Shown here one piece after another: positions 8,697-15,838 of a DNA stretch of 64,000 nt (the first letter of the stretch is position 1; every line of letters begins with the position of its first letter). The notes under the pieces are model-generated. The model was given only the letters and a program-made list of their open reading frames with translations, was not told the DNA's origin and made no database searches. The stretch lies in NCBI GenBank assembly GCA_017440755.1, contig JAFSGP010000012.1, forward strand, positions 2,283 through 66,282. The letters run 5' to 3'. A program made the position numbers and the translations under genes. Origin of the DNA: Clostridia bacterium (GTDB lineage: Bacteria > Bacillota > Clostridia > Oscillospirales > Acutalibacteraceae).

Positions 8697-9350
8697 ATGG
8701 AGCTGCGTGAGATTCTGCCGCTGGTGGACCATACGGAGCTGAACCCCGCCGCCACCTGGGAGGATGTTCGCACTCTGTGTGACGATGCCGCCCGTTTCGG
8801 CACCGCTACAGTGTGTATCCCGCCCTGCTACGTGAAGCAGGCGGCGGCGTATCTGGAGGGGCGCTTGCCTGTTTGCACCGTCATCGGCTTCCCCCACGGC
8901 AACAGCGCCACCGCCGCCAAGGTGAACGAGGCGGCACAGGCGGTGGCGGACGGCGCCGCCGAGGTGGATATGGTCATCAATATCGGCTGGGCGAAGGACG
9001 GTCGATTTGCCGATATTACCGCCGAGATTGCCACCATCAAGCAGGCGGTGGGGGATAAGTGCCTCAAGGTCATTATCGAGGCCTGCCGCCTCACCGATGA
9101 GGAGAAGGTGGCCCTCTGCCGCTGTGTTACGGAGGCGGGGGCGGACTTCATCAAGACCTCCACCGGCTTTTCTGCGGGCGGAGCGACGGCGGAGGATATC
9201 CGCCTGTTCGCCGCCCACGTGGGTCCCGCTGTGAAAATTAAAGCCGCCGGCGGTATCCGTACGGTGGCGTTCGCCGCCGAGCTTATTGCCTGCGGCGCTC
9301 ACCGCATCGGTGCCAGCGCCCTGGTGAAGCTGGCGAAGGAAAATAAATAA
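8697..9350 (+). CDS. deoC: deoxyribose-phosphate aldolase
   Basis: Motifs TVIGFPHG, KVIIE and FIKTSTGF (Schiff-base Lys). Starts 1 nt after the icd stop. Confidence 0.85.
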   Translation: MELREILPLVDHTELNPAATWEDVRTLCDDAARFGTATVCIPPCYVKQAAAYLEGRLPVCTVIGFPHGNSATAAKVNEAAQAVADGAAEVDMVINIGWAKDGRFADITAEIATIKQAVGDKCLKVIIEACRLTDEEKVALCRCVTEAGADFIKTSTGFSAGGATAEDIRLFAAHVGPAVKIKAAGGIRTVAFAAELIACGAHRIGASALVKLAKENK

Positions 9351-9352
9351 AC

Positions 9353-9398
9353 AAAAAAGCCAACCACCTCATAGAGTGTGGTTGGTTTTGTTTTTTGT
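9353..9398. terminator. bidirectional terminator
   Basis: A-run, CCAACCAC..GTGGTTGG hairpin, then TTTTGTTTTTTG. Confidence 0.6.
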
Positions 9399-9402
9399 TT
9401 GC

Positions 9403-9624
9403 CTATTTTTGCATACAGGGATTGTTCGTCCGATCAAGGAGGAAATCGACACTTACGTCGTAATAGTCTGCCAATTTGATTAGGACTTCAGCCGTTAATG
9501 AAATAACGCCGTTTTCGTATTGGGAATACGTGTTTTGCGATACATTCAGGATTTGTGCAATATCTTTCTGTTTTATATCCCGATCCTCTCGAATACCTCG
9601 CAGGTTTCTGAATTGCATACGCAT
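9403..9624 (-). CDS. XRE-family helix-turn-helix regulator
   Basis: KQKDIAQILNVSQNTYSQYENGVISLTAEVLIKLADYYDVSVDFLL. AT-rich. The second ATG (9618) has better RBS spacing. Confidence 0.85.
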   Translation of the reverse strand: MRMQFRNLRGIREDRDIKQKDIAQILNVSQNTYSQYENGVISLTAEVLIKLADYYDVSVDFLLDRTNNPCMQK

Positions 9625-9645
9625 CGCCTCCGCGATTATTATGCA

Positions 9646-9688
9646 ATATCTGCAATAGAGATATTGACTTTTATCTGTAATACAGATA
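9646..9688. promoter_or_regulatory. operator-like palindromes upstream of the XRE gene
   Basis: ATATCT-n7-AGATAT (9646-9664) and a perfect 8-1-8 palindrome TATCTGTA-A-TACAGATA (9672-9688). Confidence 0.4.
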
Positions 9689-9783
9689 AAATAAGAAGAA
9701 AAACCGTCTCAGGGGTTGGTACAATGCAAAACTTTCTGTCTTATTATTTCGCTGCCACGCAAAGCATTCGCGTGCAAGAAAGA

Positions 9784-10063
9784 TTAAGGTGACACGCGTA
9801 ATCCGAACCTGCCTCAGAGCGGGGTGTTTCGGTGCTTTTCGCCCAATTTGTTCTCGCAAGGCGGCAGCCTTGCTTCGTCCAACTTGAGCAAAAATCTCTC
9901 GAAACCTCCTCGCTTTGAGGTCGAAGATTTTGAAAAGAGCGGATTTTTGGTCAACCAAGGCATAAAACGCAGGAAATACTGTACGTATTTCCGAGTATTT
10001 TAACGACGGGTGAACGGAAATCCGCCTTTTCAAAACAAGTTCGGATTACTTGTGTCACCTTAA
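9784..10063. mobile_element. MITE-like element or structured RNA bounded by 25-bp inverted repeats
   Basis: TTAAGGTGACACGCGTAATCCGAAC (9784-9808) versus the reverse complement of GTTCGGATTACTTGTGTCACCTTAA (10039-10063): 23 of 25 match. There are internal hairpins and no credible ORF. Confidence 0.4.
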
Positions 10064-10101
10064 GAAACGGAGGAACAGCAAGACTTTCATTAGCCCGAAT
10101 T

Positions 10102-10353
10102 GTGAGCTCTTTGGTAAAACTGGCAGATGCAAGGAAGAACCTGTTGGAGGAACGGTATCAAGATGTGTGCCATCTGTTTTCAGCGTATCAAGAGAGAAAC
10201 GAAAAAGTAACGTATGATTGGAAAATGTATAAAACGGTCGCAATGTCGATTATTAAAAAGTTTGATGCCCTTGCTCCGTATGAAAAATACTGCGGTCGAA
10301 AGGAAGTAGTCTGGTATGCCGTTATGGAGCGTATCCGCAATGACAAGGAATAA
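10102..10353 (+). CDS. hypothetical small protein (83 aa), doubtful
   Basis: Track ORF with a GTG start and no convincing RBS. AT-rich. No recognisable motif. Confidence 0.3.
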   Translation: MSSLVKLADARKNLLEERYQDVCHLFSAYQERNEKVTYDWKMYKTVAMSIIKKFDALAPYEKYCGRKEVVWYAVMERIRNDKE

Positions 10354-10388
10354 AGGCTTTGTGCCCTGGTCAAGCTGGCGAAGGAAAT

Positions 10389-10477
10389 GTAGGGGCGAAC
10401 TGTGTTCGCCCGCGGCGGGAGCAAGCCCCCGCCCTACGTTAAGCCTATATCGTAGGGGGCGATGCCCACATCGTCCC
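10389..10477. repeat. REP-like hairpin units (array B)
   Basis: GTAG-GGGCGAACTGTGTTCGCCC; GGCGGGAGCAAGCCCCCGCC-CTACG; CGTAG-GGGGCGATGCCCACATCGTCCC. Confidence 0.6.
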
Positions 10478-10488
10478 GCGCAATACAA

Positions 10489-10530
10489 CAAAAACCAGCC
10501 CGCAGGCGCTTGCCTGCGGGCTGGTTTTCT
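10489..10530. terminator. bidirectional terminator
   Basis: AACCAGCCCGCAGGC-gctt-GCCTGCGGGCTGGTT with flanking A- and T-runs. Confidence 0.7.
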
Positions 10531-10546
10531 ATACAATAAGTAATAT

Positions 10547-11482
10547 TTAACCAATCAAATCCTCGCCGTTGACAAATTCGAAGCCCGCATCGGCGATGAG
10601 GGTCGCCGCCAGATCGATCTTCGCCGCCGCATCGGGCTGATAAGCATAGTAGTCGGGATAGTAGTACTGCTCGTGAATGAGGAAGCCCAGATACTCGTTG
10701 TCCAGAGCGGGGACGATGTCCTCCCGCACCTGCTCGAAGTTTTCGCACAGGTTGATGGTGCCGGTGTTGCAGTACACCTTGAACCAAAGCCCGGTCTCCT
10801 CGTCCTTAATGGCGTCCAGGGTGGTCTTGGTGGCCTCCCACTGGGCCTCGGTCAGGTGGTTCCAGCCACAGGCGGAGTAGCTGATAGCTACATCGCGGCT
10901 CTTGCGGAAGAATACCTTGGTCTCGGGCTTGCGGTTCTGCAGCAGACGGGCGGCGTGACCGTAGGGCAGGGAGTTGACGTCCCCGTTGTACTCCTCTACC
11001 TCGCCATAGGTGCAGCACACCATCTCGGTGCCGCAGTCCTTCAGCGCCTTACAGGCGTCCTTGCTCAGGGGCAGCCAGTGGGTGCACAGCGCCTTTTTCG
11101 CCCAGCTGTTTTCACCCGCGAAGCGGATAACCTCCCGCTCCATAGCCAGAAACAGGTCCTTGATGTCCTGATAGTCGGCGTTGATGTTGGGGTAGTCGGG
11201 GAACTCCTCCTTGGCGTGGAAGGCAAACTTCAGCCAGTCGCTGTTGGCCTCAAACTCCGCCTTGTAGGCGTCGGTCATATCCGCCAAGGAGAACTCGTCG
11301 TTACCATAGAAGTAGTCGGTGCGGTAGAACAGGTTCATCTGCACCTTCAGACCGGTCTTATCGTGGGTCTCCTTGAGGGATTTGAGGAAATGATGCTCGA
11401 AAATCGAGGCGGGACGCTGACGGGTCAGGTCGCGGAACACCCAGATAACGTCATCAATAAAGAAAAAGGCTTTTTTACTCAT
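10547..11482 (-). CDS. hypothetical protein (311 aa), unknown function
   Basis: AAGGAG RBS before ATG 11482 (MSKKAFFFIDDVIWVF...). No motif I can name. Divergent from an AraC regulator. Confidence 0.6.
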   Translation of the reverse strand: MSKKAFFFIDDVIWVFRDLTRQRPASIFEHHFLKSLKETHDKTGLKVQMNLFYRTDYFYGNDEFSLADMTDAYKAEFEANSDWLKFAFHAKEEFPDYPNINADYQDIKDLFLAMEREVIRFAGENSWAKKALCTHWLPLSKDACKALKDCGTEMVCCTYGEVEEYNGDVNSLPYGHAARLLQNRKPETKVFFRKSRDVAISYSACGWNHLTEAQWEATKTTLDAIKDEETGLWFKVYCNTGTINLCENFEQVREDIVPALDNEYLGFLIHEQYYYPDYYAYQPDAAAKIDLAATLIADAGFEFVNGEDLIG

Positions 11483-11622
11483 AGTGTGTTTTCTCTCCTT
11501 CGCAATGTTTTCGCTACTCATTATAGGAACACGTCGAAGGCAAAACAAGAGCAAAAAGAATAAAAGACTATACAAAACAACGATTTTATGCTATACTGGG
11601 CGCAAAGGGAGAGGTGATTCCG

Positions 11623-12465
11623 ATGTTTTATGCTTGTTTATCCTTTACGGGACTGCCGAAAGTCGGCTTTGCCCATCATTTCTATACCGAGAATTACGGC
11701 ACGTATCAGGCGCCGGACGATAGCACCTTTGAGTTGGTGTATATCAAGCAGGGCGGCATCACGGTGGAGCTGTACGGCGAGCGGTTTACCGCCCAGCCGG
11801 GCAGCCTGCTGCTGCTGTACCGCCACCTGCCGGCGAGATTAACCTCTACTGACAGCACGGCACAGAGCCATTGCAGCGTGCAGTTTTCCCTGCCCTGCGA
11901 GGTAACGATTCGCTGGGAGGGGACCCCGCCGCCTGCGGATTTTGCGGGCATTTTGCTGCCGATGGTGTACCCACCAGGCGAGGAGACCGAGCGGATCAAG
12001 CGGGAACTGTACGGCATCGTGTCGGATCTGGGCATCTCCCGCGAGGAGAACGAGCGCTCCGCCTCGCTGCGGGTAGTGGGTCTGCTGGGGCGGCTGAGCA
12101 GCCTCTACGGGCGCAACCTGCACAGCAGCGCCTCCTCGGTGCTCAGCTATCGGGTCAAGCGGTATATCGCCGCCCATCTGGGACGCCGCAGTATCACCCT
12201 GCAGCAGCTGGCAGCGGAACTGGACAAAACACCTAATTATATCAACGCGGTGTTCAAGTCGGTCAACGGCATCACCATTCACCAGTATATCAACAGGGAG
12301 CGGGTGCGTATGATGGCGGACCTGATGGAGCATCGGGGTCTGTCCTTTCAGGAGGCCTGCGAGAACGTGGGGGTGGAGGAGCCCACCTACGGCTACCGCC
12401 TCTTCAAGAAGCAGATGGGGGTATCCCCCGGGGAGTACCTCCGCGGCACCCACGTGGTGAAATAG
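11623..12465 (+). CDS. AraC-family transcriptional regulator
   Basis: C-terminal double HTH (ITLQQLAAELDKTPNYINAVFK...GVSPGEYLR) with a cupin-like N-terminal domain. Confidence 0.85.
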   Translation: MFYACLSFTGLPKVGFAHHFYTENYGTYQAPDDSTFELVYIKQGGITVELYGERFTAQPGSLLLLYRHLPARLTSTDSTAQSHCSVQFSLPCEVTIRWEGTPPPADFAGILLPMVYPPGEETERIKRELYGIVSDLGISREENERSASLRVVGLLGRLSSLYGRNLHSSASSVLSYRVKRYIAAHLGRRSITLQQLAAELDKTPNYINAVFKSVNGITIHQYINRERVRMMADLMEHRGLSFQEACENVGVEEPTYGYRLFKKQMGVSPGEYLRGTHVVK

Positions 12466-12474
12466 ACTTTTTTT

Positions 12475-12754
12475 GTAGGGACGCCTCTACAAGCCTCCCC
12501 TGTGCAAGGGGAGGGGGACCGCCGAACGGCGGTGGAGGGGTTGTCTGTATAAGCTTAACGGAACGGATAAATCCGTTCCCTACGAACGCCCGTTTGGAAT
12601 CCCCCCTGTCACCTATCGGTGACATCCCCCCTTTAGGCAAGGGGGGCTTTCGAAGGGGGCGACTATCAGTCGCCCATCGAACCTGTATAAACCGCAAAAC
12701 GTAGGGAAGGTATTTATGCCTTCCGCTTTCGGAACGGATAAATCCGTTCCCTAC
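12475..12754. repeat. REP-like hairpin cluster (array C), including a 59-bp inverted doublet
   Basis: At least 8 consecutive short hairpins. Canonical units are GGAACGGATAAATCCGTTCC-CTACG (12560-12584) and the doublet CGTAG-GGAAGGTATTTATGCCTTCC..GGAACGGATAAATCCGTTCC-CTAC (12696-12754). Confidence 0.6.
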
Positions 12755-12784
12755 GGAAAAGCGCCACCGAATTTCGGTGGCGCT
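12755..12784 (-). terminator. intrinsic terminator of the DUF1643 gene
   Basis: AGCGCCACCGA-aat-TCGGTGGCGCT followed by TTTTCC on the minus strand. Confidence 0.6.
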
Positions 12785-12794
12785 TGTGTTATTT

Positions 12795-13421
12795 CTATTC
12801 CCCCAATTTTTCCCAATATGCACCTACATCAAAGTCGTCCAGCCCGCTGTCCTTGCGCAGGTACAGGGGGTGGTGAGGGTGTCCCGCCTTGCTGCGCTTG
12901 CCCGCCGTCACCCAGCGGGCGCCGTACTCCTCGCCGATAGCCAGCATATCCTGCAGGCAGGCAAAGAGGTAGGGGCGCTTTTCAATAATGGTGCCCCACG
13001 CCGCCCATACGGTGGGGGTGACCCCCTCGCCGCAGCCGCTGAGGATATAGCGGAACGCCTCCATATTCTCCCGATGGAGGACGGGGTTGAGGGCGGCGTC
13101 CATATCGTCGGGGTTGGTGGCGCGCTGGGCGTAGACGTTGAACATAATGAAGCTGTCAAATCCGTTGTGGGCGGCGATGCGTTCTACCGATTTGAGGGTG
13201 TTGTCCAGATCCCCCGGCACGGCGGTGGAGGGGTTGATGCCGATGCAGATGAGGGGATTTTCACCCCTCGTCCCCAGAATATACCGATAGGGGGCAAAGG
13301 CGGAGGGCACGTACAGCCATTTTTCCCGATCGTAGTCGCAGGGGGCGGTGTGCTCCGCCTCCAGTGCGGCGGCGAAGGAGCACAGCTCCAGTTGGTTTGT
13401 GTCAGCGGTGGGTATGTACAT
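12795..13421 (-). CDS. DUF1643 domain protein
   Basis: AAGGGAGG RBS before ATG 13421. Motifs YRYIL, GINPSTA, NVYAQRATNP, AAWG and HPHHPLYL match the DUF1643 pattern. The longer track ORF runs through repeats and was trimmed. Confidence 0.8.
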   Translation of the reverse strand: MYIPTADTNQLELCSFAAALEAEHTAPCDYDREKWLYVPSAFAPYRYILGTRGENPLICIGINPSTAVPGDLDNTLKSVERIAAHNGFDSFIMFNVYAQRATNPDDMDAALNPVLHRENMEAFRYILSGCGEGVTPTVWAAWGTIIEKRPYLFACLQDMLAIGEEYGARWVTAGKRSKAGHPHHPLYLRKDSGLDDFDVGAYWEKLGE

Positions 13422-13527
13422 AGCAGCGCCTCCCTTTCTTTTCCCCATTATAGCGAAAAATCCGCTTTTCCGCAACCGTTTCTGCATTTTTTCTTTGTGT
13501 TGCCCCGCCGAGGTCGGTACAAACTCC

Positions 13528-13636
13528 AAAACGTAGGGAAGGCATTTATGCCTTCCGCTTTTGGAACGGATAAATCCGTTCCCTACAGCTTCGCACACAC
13601 CACAAAACATAGGGGCGGGCGTCCTCGACCGCCCGC
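13528..13636. repeat. REP-like units (array D): second copy of the 59-bp doublet plus one unit
   Basis: 13528-13586 matches 12696-12754 with 2 mismatches. It is followed by ATAG-GGGCGGGCGTCCTCGACCGCCC. Confidence 0.6.
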
Positions 13637-13668
13637 AGGATACCCACCCCTCGTCGCAACAACCGCTG

Positions 13669-13711
13669 TTCACAAAATATTCTTTTCTTTTCGCATAACC
13701 TGTGCTATACT
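13669..13711 (+). promoter_or_regulatory. repeated promoter module, copy 1
   Basis: TTCACAAAATATTCTTTTCTTTTCGCATAACCTGTGCTATACT with an extended -10 TGCTATACT. Confidence 0.5.
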
Positions 13712-13742
13712 GGATGCAGTAAAAAGCTAAGGAGAAATGCAT

Positions 13743-14030
13743 ATGTCAATTAAAGTACAAAAGATTCTTTGTTTTATTCCCGTTGTCAATTTGATTGTTA
13801 CGCTGTTTTGCTGGTTTTTGATGCTTAAAAACAGCGGCGGTGTTTTGACTGTCTTTAAGACGTTCTTCAAACTGGCGCTGGTGCTTCTTCCGGTATGCCT
13901 ACTGCACTCATTGCTTGCAGATAAGATCACTTCGCAACCTCTATCGTCGATTATAGCGTATGTGTTTCTGTACTTATATCTTCTCGGGCCTTCCCTGGTT
14001 TTTGTTCACGAGCAAAAGTCTTCGAAATAA
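13743..14030 (+). CDS. small multi-pass membrane protein, ORFan
   Basis: AAGGAG 8 nt before ATG 13743. Hydrophobic segments ILCFIPVVNLIVTLFCWFLML, LALVLLPVCLLHSLL and IIAYVFLYLYLLGPSLVF. AT-rich. Confidence 0.6.
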   Translation: MSIKVQKILCFIPVVNLIVTLFCWFLMLKNSGGVLTVFKTFFKLALVLLPVCLLHSLLADKITSQPLSSIIAYVFLYLYLLGPSLVFVHEQKSSK

Positions 14031-14058
14031 GGCGGGAAGGTCTTGCCTTTCAAGATTT

Positions 14059-14090
14059 ACCAGCTGTCCATTTCGGGCAGCCGGTTTTTC
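14059..14090 (+). terminator. hairpin terminator (imperfect copy)
   Basis: CCAGCTG-tccatttcggg-CAGCCGG followed by TTTTT, with one stem mismatch relative to the copy at 15711. Confidence 0.45.
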
Positions 14091-14106
14091 TATGCAACGC
14101 AACCTG

Positions 14107-14150
14107 TTCACAAAATCTTTCTTTTCTTTTCGCATAACCTGTGCTATACT
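14107..14150 (+). promoter_or_regulatory. repeated promoter module, copy 2
   Basis: TTCACAAAATCTTTCTTTTCTTTTCGCATAACCTGTGCTATACT. Confidence 0.5.
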
Positions 14151-14200
14151 AAAACAAGGAAGTTGCGTGCTTTCGCAGACTTTTGCGAGGGGGGATTGCG

Positions 14201-14815
14201 GTGTTTTCGGTTGTGAGGTCGGTTTTAGCGGGAGTGGTTGTTTCACTTCTGCTTCTGCTGATACATAGATATAAACCGTTGACCAAGAAAATAGCCATCG
14301 GTTCCGCTATCGGTTGGATTGTTCTAAGTCTTGCTTTGAGTTTTCTCCCTTTTGAAAACAGTTTTGTTACTTTTTCATCGCCGGAAGCGGCATATAAATA
14401 TTACTATCCCACGGCATCCCCCTATCAGATAATCAAAGGTAACGAAAGCGATTTGGTTTTAGGCGATGGGAGAGATGGGACAACCACTATTTTAATCGTA
14501 CCAAAAAATGAAGATGGTTGGAAAGTGGGAATAGGATCCGAGATTAACACTGTTTACAATGGAATCGCAGGCACGCTTCCGGTGCAAATACATCGGTATA
14601 AGGACAGTAACGACTATTATATTACGGTTTTTGGCGAGCACGGAAAAGAATTATCCATATCGGATAACAGGGGTTCTACCTTTGCCTCTGACCTGCAACT
14701 ACGAAATGTTTATCGAGCACACATTGCCGACATGAATCGGCAATATGAATTGACCGTTAACGGCGAAAAGATCGATTTATTTCAAGCAAAGCATATTCTT
14801 ATCAACAAACTGTGA
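14201..14815 (+). CDS. N-terminally membrane-anchored protein, ORFan
   Basis: GAGGGGGG RBS then GTG 14201 (the track start TTG 14183 is also possible). Two N-terminal TM segments, then a roughly 150-aa soluble part with no known motif. Confidence 0.6.
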   Translation: MFSVVRSVLAGVVVSLLLLLIHRYKPLTKKIAIGSAIGWIVLSLALSFLPFENSFVTFSSPEAAYKYYYPTASPYQIIKGNESDLVLGDGRDGTTTILIVPKNEDGWKVGIGSEINTVYNGIAGTLPVQIHRYKDSNDYYITVFGEHGKELSISDNRGSTFASDLQLRNVYRAHIADMNRQYELTVNGEKIDLFQAKHILINKL

Positions 14816-14823
14816 GCACTGCA

Positions 14824-14857
14824 GGAACGGTCGGAGAAATCTGACCGTTCTTTGCTT
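14824..14857 (+). terminator. intrinsic terminator
   Basis: GGAACGGTC-ggagaaatct-GACCGTTC followed by TTTGCTT. Confidence 0.6.
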
Positions 14858-14896
14858 ACAAAAAATCTTTTCTTTTCACATATCTTGTGCTATACT
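14855..14896 (+). promoter_or_regulatory. repeated promoter module, copy 3
   Basis: TTACAAAAAATCTTTTCTTTTCACATATCTTGTGCTATACT. The downstream CTGGATGCAGTAAAAGGCTAA is shared with copy 1. Confidence 0.5.
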
Positions 14897-14968
14897 GGAT
14901 GCAGTAAAAGGCTAACATTTTCGAACTTCTTGACAGCGTTTTTTAAAACAAATGCGGAGGGTGTCACT

Positions 14969-15691
14969 ATGAAAGGCATTAAAATAGTTATAATGCTGCT
15001 AATGTTCTCATTATTCATAAACAGTATAATAATAGTTGGTGCCACAAGCCAAGGATATCCTACACACCCCATATCTAAAGAAAGAAGAGAAGAACTTTCA
15101 AACAGTATCAACCTATCTAAAATGACAAAGGAACCCGAAAAGCGAGGTGTTGAATGTTTTGCCGTCAATGAAGAGGGTTTGCTTGCTGTTGGTTTGGGAG
15201 CGCTCTCCAAAAAAGAAATAGCTGTTTACTCGCCGGACGGTGTATTTCAATATGGGTATACGTTTAATAAAGACGGCGAATTTGGCATTGAATGGGAAAA
15301 CGATCAGATCGTTATTTATTTTATTCGTGGGGATTTTGCAGTTGCCGTAACTGCTGAAGGTAAGATCGAACGAATTGTGGAGATTTTGCCGCCGGATAGC
15401 GACAGTGCTTATCGAAAGCATCCGGCTTTTGCCACAAAACAAATGGCGAACGAAAAGGAGTACGTTCTAAAAAACGGCCTTGGCTTTTGGAGCTTTTTCG
15501 TTTCAGGATATACTCAAATAGAAGTTACTGACAGTTTAGGGAATGTACAGACAATTTATGATGCTGACCAATCTCAACAAATAAGCGCTATTATCGTATT
15601 TGCTTTTATCCTTCTATTTGCAGGTATCGTGTTGGTACCTATCATTCGTCAAATTGTTCGTTTTGTGAAGAATGAAGTGCTGGACCACTGA
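14969..15691 (+). CDS. secreted protein with C-terminal membrane anchor, ORFan
   Basis: GGAGGG RBS then ATG 14969. Signal-like MKGIKIVIMLLMFSLFINSIIIVGA and a C-terminal TM ISAIIVFAFILLFAGIVLVPII. Confidence 0.65.
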   Translation: MKGIKIVIMLLMFSLFINSIIIVGATSQGYPTHPISKERREELSNSINLSKMTKEPEKRGVECFAVNEEGLLAVGLGALSKKEIAVYSPDGVFQYGYTFNKDGEFGIEWENDQIVIYFIRGDFAVAVTAEGKIERIVEILPPDSDSAYRKHPAFATKQMANEKEYVLKNGLGFWSFFVSGYTQIEVTDSLGNVQTIYDADQSQQISAIIVFAFILLFAGIVLVPIIRQIVRFVKNEVLDH

Positions 15692-15710
15692 ATAGTGCCA
15701 AAAAGTAGCA

Positions 15711-15741
15711 GCCGGCTGTCCATTTCGGGCAGCCGGTTTTT
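15711..15741 (+). terminator. intrinsic terminator
   Basis: GCCGGCTG-tccatttcggg-CAGCCGG followed by TTTTT. Confidence 0.65.
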
Positions 15742-15758
15742 CTATGCAACGCAACCTG

Positions 15759-15802
15759 TTCACAAAATCTTTCTTTTCTTTTTACATATCTTGTGCTATA
15801 CT
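15759..15802 (+). promoter_or_regulatory. repeated promoter module, copy 4
   Basis: TTCACAAAATCTTTCTTTTCTTTTTACATATCTTGTGCTATACT, upstream of the MBL nuclease gene. Confidence 0.5.
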
Positions 15803-15838
15803 GGAATAAGATAGTAGTCTGTCAAAGGAGGTCTTTCT

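Noticed and set aside
5386-8803. Long minus-strand ORFs (5386..6438, 6553..7722, 7532..8803) opposite aconitase and IDH
   Set aside because: These are antisense to strongly motif-supported genes and have low-complexity Gly/Arg/His-rich products. They are high-GC artefacts.
9671-10033. 120-aa minus-strand ORF inside the inverted-repeat element
   Set aside because: It has no RBS, it spans the hairpin-rich interior and one terminal repeat, and its composition is unlike genuine genes here.
12475-12754. Possibility that the clustered short repeats are a CRISPR array
   Set aside because: The units are hairpins of differing sequence and both orientations. There are no constant-length unique spacers, no leader and no cas genes.
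12404-13742. ORFs 12404..12823, 12716..12940, 12777..13730 and the 315-aa version of 12795..13742
   Set aside because: They are read through REP-like hairpin arrays, which produces repeated peptide strings such as MPSAFGTDKSVPY. The real gene is the DUF1643 frame, which starts at 13421 with a strong RBS.
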